Shown: positions 12,328 to 27,017 of the stretch, in pieces | How positions within the stretch are numbered: position 1 is the stretch's first letter | Layout of the letters: each line of letters starts with the position of its first letter | Assembly: GCF_009914755.1 (NCBI RefSeq) | Contig: NC_060930.1 | DNA: 64,000 nt | Strand: one strand, 5' to 3' | Source of the DNA: the human T2T-CHM13v2.0 reference genome, Homo sapiens | Notes under the pieces: generated by a model | Told to the model about the DNA's origin: nothing | The model's database searches: none | What the model saw: only the letters and a program-made list of their open reading frames with translations | Position numbers and translations under genes: made by a program

Positions 12328-12979
12328 TTTAACCTGAAAGCATCACTTTGCCTCTTAGGGTCTTGGATTGTCCAAGAGTAAATCAAGGTTAACAGCATAA
12401 TAGCTGTTCCCATCACTAAATTTCTTGAGGTAATGGAGTAGTTTCCCAGAGAAGAGTGTATACATCATCATCATTTCTGTGCCTATTATATAAAAGGTTT
12501 TTTGCCAGTTATTCATGACTTGGGCAAGAAGAATAGCATGTCTAGTTCATTCCTCACTTCCTAATAAAATGAACTAATTTGAAGTTTGCAAATGGAGAGA
12601 CTTGGGCCCAGGACCCAGGAAGTTAAGCAGCTCCTCCACTTCACCCAGATAACATTGAAAACTCCGGGTGCTGACCAGTTTTCCTGCCCCACTCCTTTCC
12701 CAGCTGTCACCTTCCTGAGAGTAGAGGTCTGAGATGTCCAGGGTGTAGATGGGAGAAAGCCTGGAGAGGAGAAGCAAGAGTCTTCTATAATCTCTAGATA
12801 ATCAGTAGCTTAGCTAATTGAATAAAGAACTGAATAAATGATTTTAATTGAAATATTGCCATGGTAATGCTAGTGTTGTAATAAAGATGTGGCATGTCAG
12901 GAGGAAAGTGCAACCGATATTTGGGTCTCCTCAAATTGTTAGTCTTACTAAAGCTTTATAATTTTTTTTTCTTTGACAG

Positions 12980-13138
12980 AACAAACCTGTAATGGCTTTC
13001 GGATTGGTAACTCTTTCACTTTGCGTGGCATATATTGGTTATCTACATGCAATACAAGAGAATAAAAAGGACCTCTATGAAGCTATTGATAGTGAGGGGC
13101 ACAGTTATATGAGGCGGAAAACATCCAAATGGGATTAG
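12980..13138 (+). CDS. SMIM8: SMIM8 last coding exon (aa 46-97 + stop); small single-pass membrane protein
   Basis: ttttttctttgacag|AAC; [52 protein letters not shown] then TAG 13136-13138. Joined CDS is 294 nt. Confidence 0.97.
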   Translation, partial: NKPVMAFGLVTLSLCVAYIGYLHAIQENKKDLYEAIDSEGHSYMRRKTSKWD

Positions 13139-13422
13139 TAGTGCTGGTTAGTGCAGATGGACCTTTATTAAAGGTTCTGAAATCTTCAAATGAAAGACCT
13201 TGTGAGTGTACAGTATCATGTTTCTTGTTCTAGAACATGCTAATGAAGAGAGAAGATAGCAGTTGCAACCAGACAACTGTCGTAAATTTTGTCCTTTCAC
13301 AGCTGCAGCCATTATCTCATTCTTTTTCCACAGAGTGAGCGTCATAATATTTTTCTTTCCTTACCTCTTATAAAAGTGCCATGAGAATGGAAGTTGTTTT
13401 TGTTAATTATTAAATTCTGTAT

Positions 13423-13428
13423 AATAAA
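13423..13428 (+). terminator. SMIM8: Candidate proximal poly(A) signal of SMIM8 (more distal AATAAA at 14594 and 15165)
   Basis: AATAAA 285 nt after the stop codon; usage cannot be shown from sequence. Confidence 0.55.
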
Positions 13429-15479
13429 AGTACCCATGCTGTTAAATTTGCATGATGTTTTAAATATTTTAAGATGAATTATGCCGGTGCAGCTGTCGTG
13501 AAAGTTTACTTGTGTTTTGCTACTTGCAAAGGAAATGTTCATGTTCTCCCTGGCATAGAACCTATATTTTTAAAGAAAGATAAATAGAAATTTTAAGGCC
13601 TGAAGTCAATATTAAAAATATGAGATATGAGAAACTGAGTTGGCTCTGACAAGTAGTTTTTATAGTGTCACAAATGGTTCATATATTTCAGTTTCCATTT
13701 TAGCTATTTTTGGGACAGAATTTTATTTTAATGGAAAAGATCCTTCCACTCAGCTACTAAAATAAGGATTAAGAATATCCCAGAGTAATTGGAGTTTTTC
13801 TTTAAAAAAAAAAAAAGTATGTTTTACTGAGGTATGATGATTTTGACTACAACTAAATGTTATCTATTTTAGTGTTTATGTTAATTGATGTTAATTAATT
13901 TTGTTTATGTTAATTTGTGTTAATTAATGTTACTGTAATGTTATAAACATAAGACCAAGTGTTCTTATAGTTATTTAAAAACTACAACTACTCAATGGAT
14001 AAGGAATAGATAAGGTCTCCTTATTGTACCTTTTTTTTCTTTTGAAGTTTATATGCCAGCAGGCCTTTTTGTTTTTTTCCTTTTCAGAATGTTTCTTATT
14101 CTCTGAAGCATCAGCATTTTGAAGTGTCTTTTATGGAAGTGGGGACAGAAATGGGGGTAAAAATGAGTGTAAACAAAGCCTAGCCCTACGGTCAGCACCC
14201 ACTGGAGGTGAGAAGCAGAATGGCCTTGGTTGTCCTGGCACCTGGCCCAGGGGCCTAGGACAGAGGTCAAGGCTAGGCCCCTGTGTCTGGCCAGATTCTG
14301 CCTTATAGAATTCAAATCTTTCTTACAAGGGTTCTGGACCCGTTTCATTTCTAGATATATACCTAATTCTCCAAATCATTGTCATTGGGCCTCAGTAGTA
14401 AATCTCACCTCTGAAGTCTTGCTTCAGTCGCTATTAATATTACCAAGTAATAATAACAGCACAGGCAGAGTTTATCATAATGTTATTTTTAATTTGTCAT
14501 ACTTTATTATGGTTTTGTAAGGTACATGAAAATGTAATTATGTGTGATTTGTAGGTATTAAAGAACTTAGCTAATTGAATTTACATGGAACTAAATAAAA
14601 TCTTTACTACTGAGCCCCAAATATGTATTTGCTATGCCTGTCTGTATAATGTACTTCATATAGTTTAAAATGCACTTCAGTGATACAAAATCCCTTTTAA
14701 AGACTCTTTTGTTTTTGTTTTCCCTGTGTATTTTGGCTATCACAAAACTAGGGTTCTTCTGTTTTTAACTTATGCATTTAATGACACATTGCCATCTTTT
14801 AGAATTTTTTACTATTCAACAGAATAAGCTGATGTTTGGTGGCAGAGGAGTTATTAGTTGCGTGAACTGTCAAGAGATTGCAGTGCAGGAGGGCAACAGA
14901 AACTGTACAAGGTGCAGACTTGAGTCATGTAAGATCTATGTGAATGAACCAAAGTAACTAGAGTCAGTCAAGCACAAAGCTGTGAAAAGTAGCGTGTGGA
15001 AAGAATCATACTGAATTTTAGGAACAAGTACCTGACTATGATACTTTTTACAGAGTGGCTACAAGTTGTAGGACAGTCTTTGTGTGTGCTGAGTGTCAAC
15101 AGCTGCCTGCCTATGTGTTGATGTTTTCATCCTTTCTTTGTTGAATGAGGGTATAACCATCAAAAATAAAATACCTTTCAAATAGTCCAAAGATTCTGAA
15201 CATTGAACTTCACCTGATCCAATCCTGTCAGTTTATGGTTAAGACAATAGGCTGAGAATGGCTAAGAGATTTACCAAAGATCATGGAGATTCTCAGTCAG
15301 GAGTAGAACCTGTATCTTCTTGCTCTAAAGTCTAGGGATCTTTTCACCATACTATACCACCTTCTATGTGTAAATGTGCACATAATAATAAAGCAGCCAC
15401 ATTAGCCCTTAAAAATAAGAAGTTTAGATCTTAAGTAGAGAAACACTCCTGTACTTTAAAACAGAATTATGTAAAGGAC

Positions 15480-16240
15480 TGTTAACTGCCAGCTCCCTCA
15501 CAAGACCATCAGAACAACCTGATGATCAAACAAAACTAAGCTTATTAAATCTACTGCACTAAAGGGAAATACCACTTTTGCAAAGTTAGCTGTATTTAAG
15601 AATGGGATGGTCAGGGGAAGATATTAAAGTGTTTTGGAAGTCTGAGTTCAAGTGATTAAAGAAGGGTCTTTCAATGCAGGAATCTGGTTGAGAATGGGCA
15701 AGGTACCTGACAGAACAGATTAGATCTTGAAGCAAGTCTTGATTAGTAAACTATTGTTCAATAAATGTTAAGTGAACTCTTTGCCCAGGGGAGTAGTCTA
15801 ATCTTCTGATGGAAGAGCTGTTTGCCTAGATCAGCAAGCTGTCCAATTGATAAATTGTTTTTCAAGGATTTCCTAAGGCAAACACTGAAAGTATTTATTG
15901 GTTTTACAGCCTTATCTTCCATAGGAGGCCCAACTCTTCCAATTTGCCAGACACTAAGGAAGTTCAGGACTTTCAGTTTTAAAACAGGGACAGTCCCAGG
16001 CAAATCAAGGCCAGTTAGTTATCCTTCCATCTGGGCAAGAATTTCTAGTAACAGATAGGAAAGTTATTGGCACAAGTAGCCTCAGTTCTCAATCCAGATA
16101 ATTAACTGTGTGGATGCAGTAATCCTCATTCTTCATACTAATTCATCTCTTTGTTTTTAATTCCTCTCCAAGTCCCAGTTAACCCTTTTCTTGAAGTCAA
16201 ATCTGGCACAATTTGATAGTTACTTAAGGTCTTCAGCCAG
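15480..16240. mobile_element. Old LTR-like element with nested hAT-Blackjack MITE (MER81/MER94-like, about 15923-16025)
   Basis: MITE core ggactttcagttttaaaacagggacagtcccaggcaaa; flanks look LTR-like but are degenerate. Confidence 0.5.
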
Positions 16241-16708
16241 TTATCAGGCCATATGTGTTAATATAAATTATAGAGTAACTTGTGGTACACTTAGCTCAGG
16301 GCCCTATGGGAGTCCTGTTGTTGAAATTAATTTCACTGATGGCACTCACTTATTATAAAATAGTCCTGCCAAGTAGATGCAGCATATGACATTGTCAGGC
16401 AATTTTATAAATTCAGTTACTTGGTACAATCAGTTGCACAGATTTTTGCGATAGGTGGAATTTCTATGGCTGTTTATCTAAAATTATAGGAACAAATTAG
16501 TTAACCATGTGATTTTTAAAACCAGGCTTAGTAATTTTGAATGCTGCCTTAATGAAAGTAATTTCTTCTTCAAGATACCATGATATTTCCCAGTTTTATT
16601 ACCATGGCACCAACACATCACGTTTATTAAAAACCTAAAAGAAATTAAGCTACCTCCATTGCTGGCCTTAAAAGAAATTAATTCTTTAAAAACTAATTTA
16701 AAACAAAG

Positions 16709-17572
16709 TGTGGTAGGCTGACTAATGCTCTCCTTCCCTGCAAAAATGTCCAGATCCTAATCTCTGGAACCTGTAAATATGGGACTTTACGGATATGGGT
16801 AAGTTTAGGATTTTGAGATGGGGAGATTATCCTGGATTATCTAGATGGGGCTGGTATAATCACCAAGGTCTTTAAAGCACGGCAGAAGATCAGAGGAAGA
16901 GACAATGTCACTATGGAAGCACTGGGGGAAAAGGCTATATGATGCAAGGCCATGACCCCAAGGAATATGGATGGCCTTTAGAAGCTGGAAAAAGCAAGCA
17001 AACACATTCTCCTCTGAAGCCTGCAGAAGGAACCAGCCCTTCTAACAACTTGATTTTAGCCCCTAAGACTCATTTTAGACTTCTGATCTCCAGAAATGCA
17101 AGAGGATAAATTTGTGTTACATTTAAACTATGAAGTTTGTGTAGTTTGTCACAGTGGTGCTATGGTTTGAATATTTGTCCCCTGCAAAACTCATGTTGAA
17201 CTTTAATCCCCAACGTGGTAGTATTGAGAAGTGGGGCCTTTAAGGGGTGAGTGAATTCATTCATGGGTTAAGGGATTGATGGATTATCATGGGAGGAGAA
17301 CTGGTGGTTTTATAAGAAGAGGAAGAGAGGCCTGAGCTAGCATGTGAGCTCAGCCCCTGGCCATGTCATACCCTATACCACCTCAGGAATCTTCAGTGAG
17401 TTCCCACCACCAAGAAGATTCTTACCTGATGCAACTCCTCCACCTTGGACTTCTCAGCCTCCATAAACTGTAAGAAATAATTTCATTTTCTTTATAAGCT
17501 ATCCAGTTTCAGGTATTCTATTATAAGCAACAGAAAACAGAGTAAGACAGCAGCAATAGGAAACTAATATAG
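16709..17572 (+). mobile_element. MLT1 LTR with nested MST/MLT1A LTR (about 17157-17550)
   Basis: tgtggtaggctgactaatg...gagattatcctggattatct...gcagcaataggaaactaata, split by tgctatggtttgaatatttgtcccc...gagtaagaca. Confidence 0.8.
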
Positions 17573-17650
17573 AAAGTATCAGGAAAATGAATGGCTGTAT
17601 CATGCTCCCTTTTGTCATTATTTGAAGTTGCTTTTATGAGCAAAGCTTGT

Positions 17651-17677
17651 CTTACCTAGCAACAGTTGCCAAGTAAG
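17651..17677. promoter_or_regulatory. Inverted pair of RFX X-box-like motifs upstream of C6orf163
   Basis: CTTACCTAGCAAC-A-GTTGCCAAGTAAG, about 290 bp upstream of the ATG. Confidence 0.55.
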
Positions 17678-17952
17678 TTAACAACTTAATGCTAGAGTCT
17701 GGGAAGGAGCAACTACTTAAATCTTCCCAAATCTGGTGCCCATACCTTCTATGGCAGGGGCTTTTAGCACCATTCTTTAACGTTAGACACATAACCACAG
17801 CCTAATCACTTGAACCATTTAATCCTTACCAGCCTCTAGCATTATCCTAAAACCCTGAACCTCTTCCAGCTTTCTTAAACTTTCAGCTTTTCTTGAAACG
17901 ACTTTTTCTGATTCTAAGATTATTTTAACTGTAAGTAGGAGAAGACATCTGA

Positions 17953-18114
<162 letters not shown>

Positions 18115-18501
18115 TGACTTTATCGTTTTCCTTTGTTCTAATGCTTCATAGCCTTATGTGTCATTCTTTCTGTTACATAGACTTTTATCAGCTTTTTTCT
18201 CTTCAGAGTTGCTTGTCCCTACAGGGATATTTGAGGAGAATATGGGTTGGAATACAGCTTCTCCACTTACAGTTGTATGTATTGGGCAGGGTATTTAGCC
18301 TCTCAATCTGTTTCCTTATGTGGAAATAAATATACTAATACCTATCTTACAGGTTGTTATGAGACTTTAATGAAGTATTTGTATCTATTATAAATCCTGG
18401 CACATAATAGTAAATGTGAGTTCATTTTGCCCTTGGCCATACTTGAGCACCTTTCAGTATGTGTAGGAGAGGAAATATTATCTCTAAATAATACCCTAAT
18501 T

Positions 18502-18802
<301 letters not shown>

Positions 18803-19679
18803 TTTAAAGTACCCTAATAAATGGGTAAAAGAAACTATATAACCTTTAAATAGTAGCTGGTGGCATAAAAGTAGATACATATAGATAACATGAGGACGTT
18901 TACTGTACATACGTATGTATATATAATAAGCAAATCAAATTGTACTATAGGTTTCCATCTCTCTTTTATCCCCATAAGAGTTTTCAGTCTGACCTTGAGC
19001 CTTGTAGGTATTTTCCTAAGAACTCTCACAATACTTCTCTGATCCTCTCTTCCTTTAAAATGGTAAACTAAGGGTGATTTCATTTCACTCCTGATATTTG
19101 AAAATATAAGAAGCTGGAGAGCAGAGGTGTTTGGAAAAAAAAACTAAAATGTAGGGGGAGATCAAATTGGAATCATCTTCTAAAAACATCAATTCCAAAA
19201 TTGTTTCTTAGCATTTAGTAAGTGCTTAGTATGAATGATTCATTATGATCTCTAAAGTGACTTTTCATACCCAGGACAGTGTATCTCCATTCTTAGATAT
19301 ACCTTAATGATTGATTCCTTATGCCTTATGGAATATCTAACCCAAACCTTAAGTGGATAAGTTAAATCTATTGTTAGAAATTAATCTTTTCTATTCAGTG
19401 ACGTTTGTCATTGAACTGTTTTAAGTTAAAAAAGAAAGAAAGTCGAAATTGTCTGTTCTTTATAAGCATTTTGAAATGTCCGTAGAAGAGCTAGTGAGTA
19501 TTTCATAGGACGATAGTTCTCAATCCTGGCAGTGCACTATATAGAACTTTGAAAAAAAATATTAATACAGATATCCAAACACAGACCCACTGGATTTAAT
19601 ACTAATCTAACACAGAGCCACTAAATTAGGACCTCTACGGTCAGGACTAAGCATGTGTATTTTTTCCTTCACGTTTAAA

Positions 19680-20170
19680 TAACCTTTTTTATTTCAAGAT
19701 AGTTTAAGACTCACAAGTTGCAAAATAGATCAGAGTTCCCCTGTACCCTTCATCCAGCTTCCATTGATATCTTACATAATCCTGGCACTTTGTCAAAGCT
19801 GGAACACTGGCATTGAAACAATACTATTAACTCAGGTACAGACCTTATGTACACTTTTTTCCCCCGGCATAGAGTTTTATGAAATTTATCATGTGTGTAT
19901 ATTAATGTGCCATCACCACAATCACAACATGGAGCTGTTCCATCACCACAAAGGAACTCCCTCGTGTTACCCCTTAGCTGTCACTCTCTTCTCCCCAAAC
20001 TTGAACCCCTGACAACCACTAATCTGTTCTCTATCACTATAATTTTATCACTGAGAATGCTATCTAAAGAATCATAGATTATGTAACCCATTGAGATTGG
20101 CTTTCTTCACTCAGCACAATGCCCTTGAGATTCATCCAAGTTGTTTATCAATAGTTTGTTCCTTTTACAG
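19680..20170 (-). mobile_element. Old L1M 3' fragment
   Basis: accactaatctgttctctatc...ttgagattcatccaagttg, typical L1M 3'UTR in reverse. Confidence 0.65.
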
Positions 20171-20734
20171 TATGTGCATTTTTAAAAAAAGCTTTGCAGG
20201 GATCCTGTTGTACAATCAGGGTTGAGAACAACTAATAAAACCAATGGGATTTAAACATAAAAGAGGATAGTGGTAGCCTACACTTGTATCACATTTTTAT
20301 GAAGTTCAATACGTTGATGGTCCATGCTTAGTCACATTTTGTCCTAGAAAATCTTTTCTAATTATTTCTACACAATGTTGGGCTTTTGCAGTATGTGTCC
20401 ATCTCCACCGTAATATATGCTGCCCTGTGTTTTTAAGATTCGCTGATGAACTAGTAGGAGACTCTGTGCCGCCAAACATATACTTTTAATTGCTAGTGAC
20501 AGAAACATAACTCAGAATAGACTGCATGAAATGGAATTTCTTGACTCTTTTAACAGAGAAACCCAAGGGAAATCTGGCATCAAGGCTTTCAATCTGTCCA
20601 TGCTTACCCTTTTAGTGAGTTGGCTTAATGGTTTACTGCTGCAGCTAGACTTACTCCGGCAGCTGGGAAAGGAGGAATGTGGATCCAGATAGCTCTAAGA
20701 ATCTATTACCTTCAGCTTAGAAATCCCAGAGGAA

Positions 20735-21024
20735 GACCAGGCATGGTGGCTCACGCCTGTAATCCTAGCACTTTGGGAGGCCGAAGTGGGCAGATCACTT
20801 GAGGTCAAGAGTTCGAGACCAGCCTGACCAACATGGTGAAAGCCCGTTTCTACTAAAAATACAAAAATTAGTCAGGCATGGTGGTGGGCGCCTGTAATTC
20901 CAGCTACTCGGGAGGCTGAGGCAGGAGAATCACTTGAAACGGGAGGCGGAGGTTGCAGTGAGCCGAAATGGCGACACTGCACTGCAGGCTGGGCTACAAA
21001 GCAAGACTCCCTCTCAAAAAAAAA
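20735..21024 (+). mobile_element. AluS with TSD
   Basis: Flanked by AGAAATCCCAGAGGAA and AGAAATCCCAGTGGAA. Confidence 0.94.
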
Positions 21025-21650
21025 GAGAAATCCCAGTGGAAAAAGACCTGGCTGTCTGATATTGCATGGTCCTCTAGCCTCTCTAGACTTTTATTACCTT
21101 GTCTGGGTAGAGAGGATATTATTATGGGAATGTTATTATTTGGAAATCAAATTAGATCATTGACAGAAAAATAGTAAACTTCTACCCCTTAGCTCACTCC
21201 ATACTGAAGCAGTTAAACCCACAAAGAACCACATGCTAAAGAAAGGCATGTAATGTGAAGGCATTCCACTTCCCTTCTCCTGATGCTAGCCCTAGCACCC
21301 AAATAGGAACAGGGAGAGAGAGAGCTGTATAATGTGCTAAGACCTCTTGAATATTCACTCATCATTCTACTTTGGGTGTACAAAATATGTCCCTTTCTTC
21401 GGGCATTTATTTCACCTCCCCAGTTGTCTGCTGTGTGGACTGGGTGTGATGAGGGGAATGACCAACTCTATCCAGGCCTGACAGTGCTGTGAATTCCCTC
21501 CTAATCAGAGAAAATCTTACTCTTTCAATGGGTATCTTTGAAATATATATACTGGCATCTCCTAAAAGGACGTGTCTCCTAAATAGCCCTCATAAATAAC
21601 TAGATAATGGTGGAAAGGAAAGCCAGGAAGCAGTCGGTGGAGGTTTGTGA

Positions 21651-22030
<380 letters not shown>

Positions 22031-23230
22031 ATCATCAGGAGCTTCCTTCCTTCTCAGCTGCCCTCTCTGTAGGGAGGACTCCTGCTCCCTTTATTTTGAT
22101 TTGATTGAAACCAAAACTAAAAAGAAAAAAAAATGTCTAAGAAAACTCCTTGTTGATAGTTGTTTCTTATGGCCTAACATTTAATATATAGACCATCCAT
22201 TTGTGGAGCATGTAACACTCCTGTTTCCTCAAATGCTTCATTGTGGCCTACTCCCCTTTTCCTCCCCTCTCTCCCAAATCCTTGATACCTCGTCGATATG
22301 ACTGCTGAGCACTATAAGGGCAATTTGAATATTGGGGCTCACAGTGGGATCCAAGGCATCAAACTGAAGCAAAGCCTCAGTCCTGTAGCCCTACTTCTTC
22401 CAATCATAGAATGACATCAATAACTTCCCGTAAAAGAATTACAGCTCCTTGAGAGCAGAACCACAGTGCTTAGAAAAATGTTTGTCAGTTTCTTTATAAA
22501 ATAGACATTATAGCAAATAGTATTAGCATTGCTCAGTATTCATGCCAGCAAAAGCTTGCTATGAAAATATTTTGAACATACATAATGCTCCAGTTCTTTA
22601 TGAATACTCCAGTTCTGTATACCCCAGATTTTGATTTATCTCAAAATCTTTGTAGTCATCTATTTTTATTAGTGGTAAAATTCAAACTGATTGTGAACCA
22701 TCAATTATACACCCTAATACAAGGTGATGCGTTTGTAAATAGTCTACAATTTGAATGTAAGTTGGTCTAATGTTCTGTGTATTCTTTTCAAATAGAGTTA
22801 AAGTTCTTTCTGAAGACTGAATGTGGGGGACCTGGATGGTACTCTGCCTCTTTACTCAGCTCCTTCTAGCTTTGTGCGTCTTTTCATTTCACTGTGTTTT
22901 CCAGATTTTCCACAATGCACATATGTTACTTTGAGAGTCAATCAAGCAAGAAATAAAGTGCCAAAGAGAAAAGGCAACCCAGCAGCCTACATACAGTAAA
23001 GCTGCCTTGCCTTTAGCGATTCCAAAAACAGCAAGGCTAGCTCTGGATTGGGATGCATTAGAGCATCTCTGGCTAAGGCAGACAGTTTGCTATGGGAGGT
23101 TTGAGATGGGAATGGGGCAAGAAATTAGGGACTCCATGGTTGTTGCTAATTTTCAGTAAACTTGAAAACCTGATTTACCAACATCCTAAATAAGCCAAGT
23201 TTGCTTGTGCTTATTCTGATACATTAATAG

Positions 23231-23479
<249 letters not shown>

Positions 23480-26400
23480 TAGCTGGGATCCCCTGGGAGG
23501 TTCTCAGAAGAGATGCTGAGCTCTCTGGAGCAGTGATGAATAAGTGAAGAAGAACCCCATAGCTTACTTCCCAAGGGAAGCTTTGCCTGACCAACCTTGC
23601 CTTGCCACCCACACACTGTCCATGACACCCTGATCTTTTTCATAGCAGTCTTCACCATTGTAATTAAATAAATGATTGTGTGGTTAGTTGTTGAGTGTCT
23701 GACTCCCCCACATGACTGCAGCTTTCAGCAGGGGTGTCTGTCTCATCACTGGACTAGCCCTGGTGCCCAGCACAATTCCCTGACTTAGTAGGTGCTCAAA
23801 TAGTTGAACAAGTGAAGCAGGCTGTTCTCCTCCCTCTCTGATTGCATCCTTTTTTCTAAATTTTGCATTTACTGTACTGCCAAGAGGGACATCTGAGCTG
23901 TCCCTCAATAATTTAATGCAGGGCCAGATGTCACAGATGAAGGTTACTAACCTGTAGCCTGTTCAAGTACATGACTCTAGGTAACTTACAAACTTTCAGG
24001 TGGAGACCCTAGGATTCATTGTTAGTTCAGTACCTCGATTACAAAATCTGCTCAAAGGAAAATGTTACAGAACTATTTTCACATTTTGGTCAAGGGAGGG
24101 ACAGGACAGGATAAGGTACAGGTATGACAATACACGGGCAGAAGCTGGAGGAAAGTGACAGAGGTCCGGACCCAGGTTTGGCCTAACTTAGGAACAGTAA
24201 TGAGCAGTTCAGGGACTGCAGGCCAATTTATTCGTTGTTGCAACAATGAGCACCTACCGTATATTAGATCTGTACCGGGTGAGATAAAATCAACTGTCTT
24301 TACCCAGAGAGGACTTGCTGTCAGGAAGGGGAGCTCCTCCCCATGAGTCCTGAAGGCTAGTGGGATGCTCCCTGCTTCGCTCCAGTGGCCTACCTCAGCC
24401 AGGGTTGGTATGGTGTCTGAGGGGTTGGCTGTGGTGGCCCATTGCCCATTCCCCATTTCAGTTCAAAATGTGAAGAGCATTTATAGCATGTCTTAGGCAG
24501 GCCTGCTCTTCAGCTGCTATGTACAAGTATGGCCATACTGGCAATTAAAGTATTAAAATACTTCTCTATCAGTTGATAAATAGTTACCCGCTAAGCCCTC
24601 TATCACCTTGGTCACCCTGGTTGCTTCCCCAGCAGACTCCTGGACCTCTCCCAATCCAGCAATTTAAAAGGATAACTCATGGCTTGGCAAGGGGCTCTAG
24701 TTCCCTGCTATAATGCTGCAGCCAGAGGCCATTCAGATAGGTGGGCCCTACTGTGCTGGTTGATACACATTTTGAATGTCCTTCCTGGCATTAGGTTGTA
24801 AAGACATAAGGAAGATGTGATTCCTGTTTCAAGGTTCACATGCTAGTCTTTCTTTAAATAATGTTATTGTACCCCACGCAGCCTTTGAGTGGAGTTGAGG
24901 TACTTAGTGCATCAGTAGAAAGAAGCCCTATTTAAAGGTAAATAGTTAAAGGGGGATCGACCTTCCTGAAATATTTGTCCGGGGGTTGAGAATTTACATT
25001 TATACCACCATTTCAGATATTTTTTATTTATGAAGGAATGATTTGTCTAAGAGTAGTGTGGGGTTATTTCAACCTGTTATATCTGTAGGATACCAAGATA
25101 CAGACATCAGTACTACTTCTCAGGGCTTGTCTGTGAACCACTTGCATCAGAATCTATTCACTTGGGGTCCTGACATACAGATTCCTGGGCCTCATTCTGA
25201 CCTACAGACTCCATCAGCATCCCAAGTGATTCTCACACATATTAAAGTTTGAGATTACCAATGTATAGCAGAAAACCAAGTTCCTCTAGAACCAAATATT
25301 AAATTTTGATGTGTCAAGACCACCAGGTATTACTCTTACGTGATGTTAAGAGTTTGGTGTGTCTCAAATGCATGCTGTTAGATAAAATTTCTAGATCTTG
25401 TTTGATGGATAGGTAATCTTTTGAAAAGGTGTTTATATTATTGAAAGACAATAATATCAAAAAGTAAATGAGAAGATGAAAGCTAAAGGAAAAATAAATG
25501 AAAAACTACAGTAGAAAATATAGTAAAGTCATAGGTAAATTTAAAACTTAAAAATGTATATATGCCATGATGTCCTGTGCAATTATCACTGATTGGGCCT
25601 TGAGCTTTCTGGCAGCCAATGCAAAGAGAGAAATGTTGTGACTCACCATGCCCATAAGGTACAGGCAAATTAGGCACTTGAGAGGCTCAGATATTCCTAG
25701 TTATGAAACCTCAGAGCAATATCTCCTGAGGGGGACATTATGTAAAAATGCCTGTCAAACATCTGTACAGTTAACATGATGGAGTCCATGAATCTATTTC
25801 TTACAATATCTCAAAACGTGGGGTGACTCACTCAAGATGCATTTCAGTAAAAGCAATTTATTTCAATGTAAGGTCTCCTTACATTAAATAAGAACATTGA
25901 CAAACAGCAGGTTACTTAATAATTTTTGGAGCTTTAAATATGTATTCCACATGCTATGTGAGGCAGTAAATGAATTTTGGTTTTATTAAATCATTACATA
26001 AAAGAGGGACTGAGTTCAATTATCTGAATTCCTAGTTACTAATTAGGAATCAGATAATTTCTAATTATCTGAATACCTACTTCACAACCCAGCCAAAATA
26101 AAGGGCTGGAATGTCATTTTTAAATTCTATGATTCAATAATTTATTGTACATTTAAAAATGACTGAAAGAGTGTAATTGGATTGTTTGTTACACAAAGAA
26201 AGGATAAATTCTTGAGGTGAGGGATATTCCATTTACCCTTGTGTGATTATTACACATTGTATGCCTATATCAAAATACCTCATGCACCACAAAAATTGAA
26301 AATTAAAAAAAAAAAACAAACACAATCACTTTGTGCCAAAAAAATTCAGGCATACAACAGTCTTACACCACCCTATTGACACTGGCTTTTTTTCCTTCTT

Positions 26401-26706
26401 CAATAGATGTTTGCAAGAGTTCCATTAAATACATTTCATTCTGAAAAAAAATATTGATTCATATAGGAATATATTATGGTAGTACTTCACCTGTCTTAAA
26501 CTCAACCACCACCCAGCAGTCTGAATTACTGAGAATGTACTTGAAAACCCAGAAGTAAGTTAAAATATCCCCCTAAGGAGTTAAATAAAGGCCTCTGACT
26601 ACAAGAGAATAACTCAGGCTTATTACACACAGCAGAACCTCTTCACCCCCACTCAGATGTCATTATGCTTATTTGGCAACCTAAACCCAACAGACTTAGA
26701 TGCTTG

Positions 26707-27017
<311 letters not shown>

